DNA of 50,390 nucleotides from a virus (taxonomy: Duplodnaviria > Caudoviricetes), in the IMG/VR virus record IMGVR_UViG_3300020215_000876, positions 1-50,390 of that record. The stretch is one strand, 5' to 3'. Positions within the stretch are counted from its first letter, which is position 1. The number at the start of each line of letters is the position of its first letter. Below, piece by piece: positions 34,679-44,210 of this stretch. Below the pieces are notes generated by a model. That model was not told the origin of the DNA and searched no databases. It saw nothing but the letters and a program-made list of their open reading frames with translations. Both the position numbers and the translations under genes were made by a program.

Positions 34679-34926
34679 CCCTACATAACAAAACTGGCTG
34701 CGCGGTCCTGACGGTCTGACGACCGGTCCATCCGCGCAGTAACACAGGGCTCCGCGAGTTCCGATGAACGCGCGGCCTGTTCGGGTGCTTCACGCGTTCA
34801 CGTGTGCCGGGCACTCACCGAGACGAAAGTCTCGCTGAGCCGGTCCGATTCGAACGCGAGAAGCCTCGAATAGGTCGCGCGTTTTTCATTGGGGTGAGTG
34901 GGGTCGAGTGGCAGGAGCCGATCACC

Positions 34927-36591
34927 ATGGACCGACTTTTCACAGTGCTGCCGTTCCTCGCGGCCTTCTTCATCGCCGTCGCGGCGATGCCCACAAATGT
35001 GGTGCAGGTCAACGCCAAGCAAATGGGCACCGAACACACGCAGCCGTGGCGGGCCAAGGTGCTCGCCGGCGCCGCGCGCGCGATGAGCGACCTTCGGAGT
35101 CGCTGCCTGGCGCTCGTCGAGGCGCTATGCGGACATCCGCTTCGGGGGCCGGCGATGGCTGGCGTGGCCATGCTGGTGGCCTCGATTGCGACTCCGGATC
35201 ACGCGTCGTTCGGGATGTTTGCGGTGCTGGGTTCGTTGAAGCTGGCGCAGACCAAGGCCGCGAAGCTCGAAGGGGAGCGCAAGGCGCTGGTGAAGGAACG
35301 CAGTGAGATTGGCACAAAGGCGCTGGCGGAAGACCGGGCCATGACGGCGGAGGAAAAGGCTAAGTTCGGTGAGTTGACGAACAAGATCACCGCCGTCGAA
35401 GCCCAGATCGAGGACCACAAGCCGATTCTGGCTGCGGCGATCGAAGCGAACGAGATCGAGCGCGATCCCAAGCAGACGCCTGCGGTGACCGACGGTGACG
35501 CCGCCGCCGGCGCGCGTGCGGCCGCCGATGTGCGCCTCGGCGAGAACATGGCCGACAAGGACCCGAAGCGCGGTTTCGCCGACCACCGCGACTACCTGAC
35601 CGCGGTCATGAACGCGGGCCGCGGCCGCAAGGTGGACGCCCGACTGAAGCCACTGGCGACGCAGGGTTCCGACGAGCAGGGTGGCTACAGCGACCCGGCT
35701 GGTGGCTTCCTGGTGCCGCACGGCGTGGCGCCTGGCATCCTGTCGATCGCGCCCGAGAGCGATCCGCTGAACGATCTGATCACGCATGTGCCGATGTCGG
35801 CGCCGACGGTGTCATTCAATGCTCGCGTCGACAAGAACCACGCGACGAGCGTCAGCGGTGGATTCACCGTAACGCGTCGCCCGGAAACGGTCGACGGCAC
35901 GGCGAGCCGGCAGACCTTCGAGCAAGTTGTGCTGACCGCGAACGAGGAGTTCGGCCTGGCCTTCGCCAGCGAGCGCATCATCAACGACTCGCCCCAGTCC
36001 TTCGTGGCCATCATCCAGGCCGGCATGTCGACCGAGTTCGTCGCCAACGCGATGAACGAGCGCATCAACGGCACCGGCACCGGTGAACGCCAGGGCTCGC
36101 TGAATGCGGGCTGCAAGATCGAAGTGGCGAAGGAGGCCGGTCAAGCGGCCGACACCATCGTCAAGAAGAACATCGACAAGATGGCGGCGCGCTGCTGGCG
36201 CTACGGCTCGGCGGTGTGGCTGGCCAATCACAACACCCGCGAGCAGCTCAAGAGCCTCGTGCAGGAAGTGGGCACCGGCGGCCATGCGGTCCAGTACTTG
36301 ACCGGTTCGCAGGGCGGTCAGGAGTACCTCGACAACCGGCCGATCTTCTTCACCGAGTTTGCGAAGACGTTGGGTGACGCTGGCGACATCATGCTGATCG
36401 TCCCCTCCGAATACCTGGAGGGCACCTACCAGAGCGAGCAGTATGCGGAGTCCATCCACGTGCGTTTCGCAGCTGCGGAGCGTGGCTTCCGCTTCTACCG
36501 ACGCAACGACGGTCAGTGGTGGTGGCGATCAGCGTTGACGCCGAAGAACGGCAACCCGCTGTCGCCGGTCGTCGTGTTGGCGGCTCGCTAG
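34927..36591 (+). CDS. HK97-fold major capsid protein with delta domain and hydrophobic N-terminal extension
   Basis: GGFLVP, INGTGTG; coiled-coil delta domain; AGGAG SD before ATG 34927. Confidence 0.92.
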   Translation: MDRLFTVLPFLAAFFIAVAAMPTNVVQVNAKQMGTEHTQPWRAKVLAGAARAMSDLRSRCLALVEALCGHPLRGPAMAGVAMLVASIATPDHASFGMFAVLGSLKLAQTKAAKLEGERKALVKERSEIGTKALAEDRAMTAEEKAKFGELTNKITAVEAQIEDHKPILAAAIEANEIERDPKQTPAVTDGDAAAGARAAADVRLGENMADKDPKRGFADHRDYLTAVMNAGRGRKVDARLKPLATQGSDEQGGYSDPAGGFLVPHGVAPGILSIAPESDPLNDLITHVPMSAPTVSFNARVDKNHATSVSGGFTVTRRPETVDGTASRQTFEQVVLTANEEFGLAFASERIINDSPQSFVAIIQAGMSTEFVANAMNERINGTGTGERQGSLNAGCKIEVAKEAGQAADTIVKKNIDKMAARCWRYGSAVWLANHNTREQLKSLVQEVGTGGHAVQYLTGSQGGQEYLDNRPIFFTEFAKTLGDAGDIMLIVPSEYLEGTYQSEQYAESIHVRFAAAERGFRFYRRNDGQWWWRSALTPKNGNPLSPVVVLAAR

Positions 36592-36624
36592 TTCGGTATC
36601 GGTTTCTGGAGGAGATGAAGAGTC

Positions 36625-37086
36625 ATGGCTTATACCGCGAATAAGGCTCTGGCCCAGTGCCGTCGCCGTCTTGTGGACTTCGATCCCGATTCGGGCTCGG
36701 AAACCATCGTCACGCTCAACCCGGCCGCCTCAGAGAAGTGCCTGGCACTCACCGCGTTGGGAGGCTTGAGGCGCGTGGTGGCCGCGCTGATGCACAGCGT
36801 CGGCACGGGATCGATCACCGGCTTCAAGATCTTTGTCGCCGACAACGCGGCTGGAACGACCAACGCGGCGGTTGTCGCCACGCATGCGCTCGGGTCCGAT
36901 CCGAATGCGGTCGGTGATTACCTGTTCCTCGAAGCAAGCGCCGAGCAGCTGCGTGCGGCGTCGGCCACCGCGGCGTATTGGGGCGTGAAGATCACGCTCG
37001 GCACCAGCACTGATGAGTGCGTGGTCTACGCCGAAGAGCACGGCAAGCAGGCGTACGACCAGGTCACCGCCGACTACGTCAGCTAA
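36625..37086 (+). CDS. Capsid-associated virion protein
   Basis: Strong GGAGG SD directly after the capsid gene; beta-rich. Confidence 0.7.
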   Translation: MAYTANKALAQCRRRLVDFDPDSGSETIVTLNPAASEKCLALTALGGLRRVVAALMHSVGTGSITGFKIFVADNAAGTTNAAVVATHALGSDPNAVGDYLFLEASAEQLRAASATAAYWGVKITLGTSTDECVVYAEEHGKQAYDQVTADYVS

Positions 37087-37105
37087 ACCTGACGCGGCAT
37101 CAGTT

Positions 37106-37149
37106 GCGCGCGCGGCTTTCCAGAGTCGCCATCCTCCGGCCGCGCGCGC
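37106..37149 (+). terminator. GC-rich hairpin after the head genes
   Basis: GCGCGCGGC...GCCGCGCGC followed by GTGTTT; weak U-tract. Confidence 0.35.
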
Positions 37150-37211
37150 GTGTTTCGTAACCCGGCAACCGCTCCGGCGGCAGCGCCCAGAGTAAGGACG
37201 GCAGGACCACC

Positions 37212-37934
37212 ATGGCAGACGTCATCGGCCAGCGCATCGCTGGCAATCTCCTCTATATCGATCGATCCGCGCATCTCCGTCGAATCGTCGACGCAATTGG
37301 TCCCGACGTCATCAAGTGGGACGAGCGCTTCCTGAACGCCGGTGCGTTGTCCGCCGACGATCCACTCGGTTGGACCGTCACGCTAGTGGAGGCCGGCGCC
37401 GGCGAATCCACCGTTACGCGCGCGGCCACCGTGGGTGGTGGCCTCGTGCTGACCTCAGATGCGAACGAAGACGACGGCATCAACATGCAGCTGAAGGGCG
37501 AGGCCTTCAAGCTGAACTCATCCTGCAAGGGGCTGTACTTCTACGCGAAGCTGCAGACGAACGAGGCGACGCAGAGCGATTTTCTCGTCGGCCTGTGCAT
37601 CACGGACACCACGCTGCTGGGCGGAATGACCGACGGCATCTACTTCGAAAAGCTGGACGGCGGCACCGGCATTTCGGCGGTGACCGAGAAGGACTCGACA
37701 GAAACGCAGTCTGACTCGCTGGCGGTCCTCGCAGCCGATACTGACGTCGAACTCGAGTTCTACTACGACGGCGCGAAGGTCGAGTTCTTCATCAACGGCG
37801 TGAGCGTGGCGAGCCATACCGCGAACATCTGCGATGACGAGGATTTGACGCCCAGCCTGCACTTCCTGACTGGGTCGGCGGCGGCGAAGACGCTGACGAT
37901 CAAGCAGATGCGCGTCGTTCAAATCGGCTATTAG
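37212..37934 (+). CDS. Beta-sandwich (lectin-like) virion protein
   Basis: LEFYYDGAKVEFFINGVSV concanavalin-like strands. Confidence 0.65.
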   Translation: MADVIGQRIAGNLLYIDRSAHLRRIVDAIGPDVIKWDERFLNAGALSADDPLGWTVTLVEAGAGESTVTRAATVGGGLVLTSDANEDDGINMQLKGEAFKLNSSCKGLYFYAKLQTNEATQSDFLVGLCITDTTLLGGMTDGIYFEKLDGGTGISAVTEKDSTETQSDSLAVLAADTDVELEFYYDGAKVEFFINGVSVASHTANICDDEDLTPSLHFLTGSAAAKTLTIKQMRVVQIGY

Positions 37935-38116
37935 ACCGATGCGCCTGCGTAAACGTCCTGTCGGTGCTGGTGCTCCTGGTGGCGATGCTGACATCGCCCT
38001 CGGAGCCGTGGGCACGTTAACCGGCGTCAATAAGTCGGGGACAGGATCGACGAGCTGGGTCACGAAGTAGATGTCTCTCCTCTCTCACGTTCTGCCCTGG
38101 TCTGTGGGGTGACCGC

Positions 38117-39070
38117 GTGGAATCGATCCACATTGTCACTCCTCCGGCACTGGAACCGCTCACAACGAACGAGGCCAGACGACAACTCCGCATGGGCGCG
38201 TCCAGCGGGGAACCGGCCCCATCGGCCCCGACGGTCGCCTTGGCGAGTCCTGCTGCTGTAGGGAACTGCGACAACGGCGCGCATCGCGTCGGTGTGACCT
38301 TCGTCACGGCCGACGGCGAAACCGAAATCGGCCAGCTTTCGGCGGCAGTCACCGTCGTCGATAAGACCGTTAACGGTCAGATCGCCGTCACCGACATCCC
38401 GACAGGCGGATCCTTTGTGACGTCGCGCCGGTTGTGGATGACGGCCGTCGGCGGGACGGTAGCGAGGCTGGTGGCGACAATCGCGAACAACACGGCCACG
38501 ACGGCGACGATCAGCGTCGCAGACACCAGCCTGGGTGCCGAAGCTCCGACGAGCAATACGACGGCCAACCCCGAACTGAACGCCTGGATCCCTTCAGCCC
38601 GGCAAATCTGCGAAACGTTCGTGCGCCGCAGGTTGATCGACCAGGTGCTGGACTGGAAGCTCGACGGAGACTCCGTTCCCACAGGCACGCAGGTCTTGCG
38701 TCTCCCGTTCGGCAACGTCACGGCGATCGGGTCGATCACTTACGTGGACGCCAACGGAGTGACTCAACCCTGGTCCAGCAGCGAATATCGAACGGACCTG
38801 CCGACGGGTGAGAAGTGCTCACGGGGACGCATTGAACCGGCGTACGGCTACCAGTGGCCGTCCACGCGTGGCGTCATCGCGGCGATGACGATTCGTATGA
38901 CCGCCGGCTACGGAGCGACGCGCGCGAGTGTCCCTGAAGCATTGAAGGTCGGGATGAAGGCGCTCATTAGCCACTGGGATCGCACGCGCGAAGCCGTGAA
39001 CGTCGGAAACATCGTGAACGAAGTGCCGATGGGCGTGAAGTATTCGTGGTCGCCGTTTAGGACCTTCTGA
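38117..39070 (+). CDS. Head-tail connector (gp6-like) with an inserted domain of about 120 aa
   Basis: EPLTTNEARRQLR...AWIPSARQICETFVRRRLI...AGYG...VPEALKVGMKALISHWDRTRE. Confidence 0.88.
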   Translation: MESIHIVTPPALEPLTTNEARRQLRMGASSGEPAPSAPTVALASPAAVGNCDNGAHRVGVTFVTADGETEIGQLSAAVTVVDKTVNGQIAVTDIPTGGSFVTSRRLWMTAVGGTVARLVATIANNTATTATISVADTSLGAEAPTSNTTANPELNAWIPSARQICETFVRRRLIDQVLDWKLDGDSVPTGTQVLRLPFGNVTAIGSITYVDANGVTQPWSSSEYRTDLPTGEKCSRGRIEPAYGYQWPSTRGVIAAMTIRMTAGYGATRASVPEALKVGMKALISHWDRTREAVNVGNIVNEVPMGVKYSWSPFRTF

Positions 39071-39405
39071 TGGTGAAACTGGGCGATCTCAACGAAACGG
39101 TCGTGATCCTGCGGAGCTCGGTCACGGGTCAATCAGCTACCGGAGAGGACCTCCTGTCCTGGTCTACGGTCGATCACTGGCCGGTCTGTGTCGAAGAGCT
39201 CGCCGGCTCCGAGCGTCTCGGCGTCAGCGATGCCCCGACCAGCGTCATCCAATACCGGGTTACTGGCCGCAACCGCGACGACTTGCAACCGGGCATGCGC
39301 CTTCGCCGGGGCGCCGACATTCTCGAGATTGCCGTGGCGCCGCCAATGCCGCGATCGATGTGGTCCGTCGTGAAGTGCTTCGAGGTGGATCGTGGCGCGT
39401 CCTAA
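39070..39405 (+). CDS. Head closure (head-tail adaptor) protein
   Basis: GDLNETVVI...G.E...MRL pattern and gene position. Confidence 0.8.
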   Translation: MVKLGDLNETVVILRSSVTGQSATGEDLLSWSTVDHWPVCVEELAGSERLGVSDAPTSVIQYRVTGRNRDDLQPGMRLRRGADILEIAVAPPMPRSMWSVVKCFEVDRGAS

Positions 39406-39952
39406 TAATGCGACCGCCATCAGCGCGCACGTCGAGGGACTTCGGGAAGCGAAGCAGCGATTTCAAGCGTTGCCGCCGTTCATGCAGCAGAAGCGCATCG
39501 ACGTGAATTCGGCGACGGCGGCCGCGGTAGCTCTCGGTGCGAAACAGCGTTTGGTCGCGAGTCCGGCAATCCGAACGCGACGGCTGCACGACCACGTCAA
39601 GTGGAAGATCACGAAAACCAGCGGCGTCGCCATTGTCGGCGTCTCGAGCGGTTCGACGATCGTGAACGTCCGGCCAGGGGTGCGGAAGAACGTCCGCATC
39701 AAGGGTATCGCGATCGCCGGACGCGGAGGTTCAGCGTTGACATCGCAGGGCGCGCGTTTTGATCGCCCGTCTCGTCGAGCCCATCTGATTGAGTTTGGCT
39801 GGTCAAAGGCACCGGCGGAGCCATTCATGATCCCGGCCACAGATGCGCAGAAGGAGCCGCACTTGCAGCGCTGGCGCGCGGCGGGTCGACAACTCGAGCG
39901 AGACATCGCCGGATTGGCGAATTTGCCGTCAACAGGTGGAGGCCTTCTGTAA
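39392..39952 (+). CDS. HK97 gp10-like neck protein
   Basis: VEGLRE...AHLIEFG...AEPFMIPA. Confidence 0.8.
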   Translation: MARPNNATAISAHVEGLREAKQRFQALPPFMQQKRIDVNSATAAAVALGAKQRLVASPAIRTRRLHDHVKWKITKTSGVAIVGVSSGSTIVNVRPGVRKNVRIKGIAIAGRGGSALTSQGARFDRPSRRAHLIEFGWSKAPAEPFMIPATDAQKEPHLQRWRAAGRQLERDIAGLANLPSTGGGLL

Positions 39953-40438
39953 ATGGCTGTCACCGTTCGTAAGAGCGCCAGCAAGCCCGTTAAAGCGGCA
40001 ATCTATCTGGCTCTGAATGTTACGGCGCTGACAACGACGGTCGGCGCGGCCGCCACGCCGAAGTACACCGTGGCCGTGCATGGGAAAGTGTCGCAACCGC
40101 TGGCCTACCCGCATGTCAGAGTCGATGCGGCCGGTGGCCGGCCAGACAATGAGACGTTCGGCCGAAACGCGCAGGCGGTCCGAATGTACGTGCAGATCTT
40201 TGCGCTCAGCGAGGAACAGGCGCTCGAGATCGAAAGCACGGTCTTGGGATTGTTGAACCGAGCTGGCGGATACAACACGTTAGGCACTTCCGCGGACGCA
40301 ATCATCACGGCAGCAGGATGGCGTTTGATTCACGTCAACTGGGACGACGTACAGACGCGTGACCCGATCGATGAGGGTAACGCCATCGGCGTCTATCAGC
40401 GCACGGTGATGTTCACCGTCACGGTGGAGGAATCGTAA
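39953..40438 (+). CDS. Tail terminator (DUF3168-like)
   Basis: AIYLAL...YPHVRV...VQIFA and gene position. Confidence 0.7.
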   Translation: MAVTVRKSASKPVKAAIYLALNVTALTTTVGAAATPKYTVAVHGKVSQPLAYPHVRVDAAGGRPDNETFGRNAQAVRMYVQIFALSEEQALEIESTVLGLLNRAGGYNTLGTSADAIITAAGWRLIHVNWDDVQTRDPIDEGNAIGVYQRTVMFTVTVEES

Positions 40439-40713
40439 TGGCGCTCGACTTCGAGAAGGTGAAGGCGGCGTCTGTGTTCGAGCTGGCAGCCCTGGCGCTG
40501 TGTGAATTCAGCCGCCTCGTAGATGCGATCGAGCGCATTGCGCCGGATGCCGGCGCGCAGGCAGACGAGGCGGATGGAGAGCCCCAAGCGGTTACTTGCC
40601 CGCATCCGGCGGAACTCCGCGTCAATCAGGCCGTGATGGGGCAGGAGCCGTACGCCGTGTTTAAGTGCGGCGTCTGCCAGGAAACGGTTACGGCACCAGC
40701 GGTGGAGGCGTAG
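40438..40713 (+). CDS. Small Cys/His protein
   Basis: CPH...CGVC; TAATG coupling. Confidence 0.65.
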   Translation: MALDFEKVKAASVFELAALALCEFSRLVDAIERIAPDAGAQADEADGEPQAVTCPHPAELRVNQAVMGQEPYAVFKCGVCQETVTAPAVEA

Positions 40714-40717
40714 CGTC

Positions 40718-41455
40718 ATGGCGAGTCTAGTCCTTACGAACGTCAAGACCTACCTGGGCGAGTACGACATCTCCGGTTACTCGAACAGCGTGATGCTCGA
40801 TTACGCCGCGGCCGCGCTGAAAGACACGCGCATGGGCCACGAGACGGAGATCAACAAGGGCGGCGCGAAGTCGGTCAACTTCCAGATCGGTGGTTTCGCC
40901 GATCCGGCGACGGATGGCATGGAGGCGATCGCGTTCAACAAGATCGGCACCGCGAACATCCCGCTGACGTGCTCACCGCATGGTGCGCCGGTAGGCGACG
41001 TCGCGTATTTCTTCAAGGCCTTGAAGGCCAGTATGAAGACCTTCGGCGGGTGGGGCCAACTGATGCCGTTCTCTGGCAACGCCGTCGGCGGCGAACAAGC
41101 GGCGTTGGTGCGCGGCAAGGTCTTCGTGGCGGCGAGTACGCCGAAGACGGCGACCAGCACGAGCGGCGTGATTCAACTCGGCGCCGTGACGGCCGCACAA
41201 CGCGTATACGCCGCACTGCACGTGCTTGATCCCGTGTCCGGCACGACCCCGACGTTGGATGTCACGGTGAAGAGCGACGACGCGTCCGGTTTCGCGTCAC
41301 CAACCACGCGACTGACGTTCGACCAGGCGACCGGCAAGACCAGTCAACTGCTGTCCGCAGCCGGCGCCATCACCGACACGCATTGGCGCGTCGACTACAC
41401 CATCGGCGGGACCGGCCCGTCGTTTCCATTCATTGTCGTCGTCGGCATCGTTTAG
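40718..41455 (+). CDS. Tail-tube-like protein with extra C-terminal beta domain
   Basis: N-terminus paralogous to the next gene. Confidence 0.75.
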   Translation: MASLVLTNVKTYLGEYDISGYSNSVMLDYAAAALKDTRMGHETEINKGGAKSVNFQIGGFADPATDGMEAIAFNKIGTANIPLTCSPHGAPVGDVAYFFKALKASMKTFGGWGQLMPFSGNAVGGEQAALVRGKVFVAASTPKTATSTSGVIQLGAVTAAQRVYAALHVLDPVSGTTPTLDVTVKSDDASGFASPTTRLTFDQATGKTSQLLSAAGAITDTHWRVDYTIGGTGPSFPFIVVVGIV

Positions 41456-41464
41456 GAGAACGCA

Positions 41465-41872
41465 ATGGCGAGCATCGTATTGACCAACGTGAGCGTCACG
41501 GTCGGTGGGAATGACATCTCCGCCTACGTGCAGCAGATCAACCTCGATTACGAGGCCGAGGCCGTCAAAGACAACGGCATGGGCTCGACGACCGAGGCGA
41601 ACAAAGGCGGTATCAAGAAGTGGGGCGGCACGATCCAGTTCAAGCAGGATTACGACAACGGCGCCGTCGATGACATTATGTTCGCGTTGATCGGCACCCA
41701 AGGCGTCTTCCAGGGCTGGCCGAACGGGAACACCACCGGTGTCAACAACCCGAAATACCACGGCACCTGCTTTTTCCAAGGCTACGCGCCGTTGAGCGGG
41801 TCACACGGCGAGCTCGCGAAGAGCACACTGCGCTTCTTGTCGGCCGGCAATCTGTCGCGCGCCGAGGCGTAA
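41465..41872 (+). CDS. Major tail tube protein
   Basis: 135 aa, beta-rich, NPKYHG, AGGAG SD; precedes the tail chaperones. Confidence 0.8.
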   Translation: MASIVLTNVSVTVGGNDISAYVQQINLDYEAEAVKDNGMGSTTEANKGGIKKWGGTIQFKQDYDNGAVDDIMFALIGTQGVFQGWPNGNTTGVNNPKYHGTCFFQGYAPLSGSHGELAKSTLRFLSAGNLSRAEA

Positions 41873-41874
41873 TC

Positions 41875-42288
41875 GTGGAACCGACCATCCACCTCGATCG
41901 TAAGCGGACGATGCGCTACGGCTCGCGGGCCTTGCGCCTCGTCGAAGAGCGATCGGGCCACATCCTCGGCGAGTTGCTGATCACCCACGCCAGCGCCGCA
42001 TCCGCGGCTTGGCTGCTGTGGGGGGCCCTACTCCACGAGGACGAGGCATTTCGCCAGCGGCTGGAGCCGAAGCTGTCCATCGATGACGTGTGCGACTTGC
42101 TTGACGAGTACTGGTTTGGGCGGGGCAAAACCCTGAAAGACCTGGCGCCGATGTTCGCGGAAGCGGTGGTGCAGGCGGGGATGTTCTCTCGAGAGGGAAA
42201 AGCCTCGCCGGAGACAGGGAGCGGCTCGCCTGGTTCCGGCAAGGACGGCTCCGAGCCTTCTGCGTCAGCGACTGGTTCGACCGCGTAG
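41875..42288 (+). CDS. Tail assembly chaperone (gpG-like)
   Basis: Between tube and tape measure genes; slippery G GGA AAA at 42195-42201. Confidence 0.8.
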   Translation: MEPTIHLDRKRTMRYGSRALRLVEERSGHILGELLITHASAASAAWLLWGALLHEDEAFRQRLEPKLSIDDVCDLLDEYWFGRGKTLKDLAPMFAEAVVQAGMFSREGKASPETGSGSPGSGKDGSEPSASATGSTA

Positions 42289-42509
42289 AACCGGTCGCCT
42301 ACGGACCGCTGGCGCTGTCGCCGGCGGCGATTGATGAGATGACGCCCGGCGAGCTGCTCAAGATGCACGCCGGGTATATGTGGCGGCTGACGAATCCGGC
42401 GCCTGAGGCGGTGTGGCTCGTCACGATGCTGCTGAAGATGTTCGGCGGATCCGAAATGCCGTGGACGCCAGAGACAGTGTTGGGGTTGAAACCGAAGGCG
42501 AATGGCTGA
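42195..42509 (+). CDS. gpT-like extension made by -1 frameshift
   Basis: The -1 frame is open from the slippery site to TGA 42509 (...LSPAAIDEMTPGELL...). Confidence 0.75.
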   Translation, partial: GKSLAGDRERLAWFRQGRLRAFCVSDWFDRVEPVAYGPLALSPAAIDEMTPGELLKMHAGYMWRLTNPAPEAVWLVTMLLKMFGGSEMPWTPETVLGLKPKANG

Positions 42510-43992
42510 ACCGATTGCGGCCTTGATCGTGCGCATTCTCGCGGATACGAGCGAGATGGTTACCGGTGTGAAAAACGTCACCGGTCAGCTCGACTCATTC
42601 GAGAACCGCGTCGCCCAGTTTGGCAAAGCGTTAGCGGGTTACTTCTCCGCTCAGGCGGTAATCGGGTTCGGGAAACAGATCATCGCCGAAATCGATCAGA
42701 TCGACTCCGCATCCAAACGGATCGGCGCCTCGTCTGAAGAGTTCCAGCGCTTCTCATATGCGGTCACGCAATCAAGCGGCGATGCCGCCGGCGCCTTGGC
42801 TGGCATCGTCTCGTTGACCGATCGTCTCGCCCAAGGCGATGCAGGACTACTGGGGGTCCTCAAGAGACTCAATATCAGCTTTGATGAATTCAACGCGCGC
42901 GATCCCATCGCCCGCTACAGGGACCTAGCGCTTGCGATTGCGGCAGTGGAGAGCCCGACGGAACGACTAGAACTCAGGCTCGAGGCGATGGGCGCAAAGG
43001 GCGAAAAGGCGCTGGCTGCGATTGACAGCGGTTTTGACGAGCTGATGACGAACGCGCCGGTCTATACCGACGAAATGATCAAGCAGATCGATCGCGCTGA
43101 CAAAGCGTTCGATCGCGTCCTCCAAAACATGAAAGTGAACCTGGTCAATTCACTGGCGGAGATGAGGGACATCTTTACCGGCAAGAGCATCAGGGACAGT
43201 TTCGACTTCGCTGGAGACGTGCGCAGGGGGAACCCCGGCGATCGTCCACCGATTGGGAAGGATCCGAAGTCCAGCTCCGGGACGCTGGACAAACGATGGG
43301 TCGTCGATGGCCCTCTCGGCCCAGCGATGGACCCGAACGACGCAAACCAGTTGGCGGTGGCACTGGCTCATCTCGAGCTGGAGATGGTGAAGGTAAAAAA
43401 TGCCCAAGACGCTGAGGCCGCGTCGGCGGACAAATTGCGGAAGGCCTCCGAGCAGTTGAGTGCAGAGTTTTATTTAAATCGTGCTGCCGTCGCGGCGCTG
43501 GCGGCAGAGTTCGAGAAGGAATTCCCGAAGGACTCATTCATCGAAGGCCTCGATAGGGCGGCCGCTGATGCAAAGACGCGCATCAGCGAATTGATCGAGG
43601 AAGAAAAGAAGCTGCGCGACATCATCACCCCTGGGTGGAACACCGTCGCCGGTGACGATGTCGACGCTGAGATTTTCAAACTCCGGCAAAACAAGAACAA
43701 CTGGATCAACGGCAACCTAACGCCTGAAGCCCTCGAGGTGGAGCACCGGTTGATCAACAACTTCAACATGCGCTCGCTGGCCAACATGTTGCGGCCAGCC
43801 GCGACGCCGACGATGCCGTCTGCAGGCGCAATGTTTCCAGGCATGGCGACCCCTGGTGGCCCGACGCACATCACCATCAACGCGCAGGGCAGCTGGTGGG
43901 ACAGCCCGGATCGCATGAACCAGATGACGCGCATGATCGAGGATTCGATCGCGCGACGGTCAGGACTCACGAACACGTATTCGAGACGATGA
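42502..43992 (+). CDS. Tape measure protein (short, 496 aa)
   Basis: IAALIVRILADT N-terminus, helical body, ITINAQG C-terminus; gene position. Confidence 0.85.
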   Translation: MAEPIAALIVRILADTSEMVTGVKNVTGQLDSFENRVAQFGKALAGYFSAQAVIGFGKQIIAEIDQIDSASKRIGASSEEFQRFSYAVTQSSGDAAGALAGIVSLTDRLAQGDAGLLGVLKRLNISFDEFNARDPIARYRDLALAIAAVESPTERLELRLEAMGAKGEKALAAIDSGFDELMTNAPVYTDEMIKQIDRADKAFDRVLQNMKVNLVNSLAEMRDIFTGKSIRDSFDFAGDVRRGNPGDRPPIGKDPKSSSGTLDKRWVVDGPLGPAMDPNDANQLAVALAHLELEMVKVKNAQDAEAASADKLRKASEQLSAEFYLNRAAVAALAAEFEKEFPKDSFIEGLDRAAADAKTRISELIEEEKKLRDIITPGWNTVAGDDVDAEIFKLRQNKNNWINGNLTPEALEVEHRLINNFNMRSLANMLRPAATPTMPSAGAMFPGMATPGGPTHITINAQGSWWDSPDRMNQMTRMIEDSIARRSGLTNTYSRR

Positions 43993-44210
43993 CGAGATAA
44001 ACGAACCGACGTTGACTCAGCCAGGGCGTTGAGGGGTTGCAAACCCTCTTCGCACATGCCAAGGCGCTGCGTTCCGGCGCGCTGAGACAGCACACAGGGA
44101 ACGGTCAGGACGAGAACGGCCTGCGGCTCGCGCACCCACGCGCGACTTGCAGGCCGTTTTGTCGTTCTGGTCGTTTCCGATGTTTGACGCAGAAAAAGGA
44201 GTGCGAACAC

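Noticed and set aside
34716-34831. Hammerhead ribozyme (CTGACGA...GAAA)
   Set aside because: The GAAA is a tetraloop about 100 nt away, and the three-stem core cannot be built.
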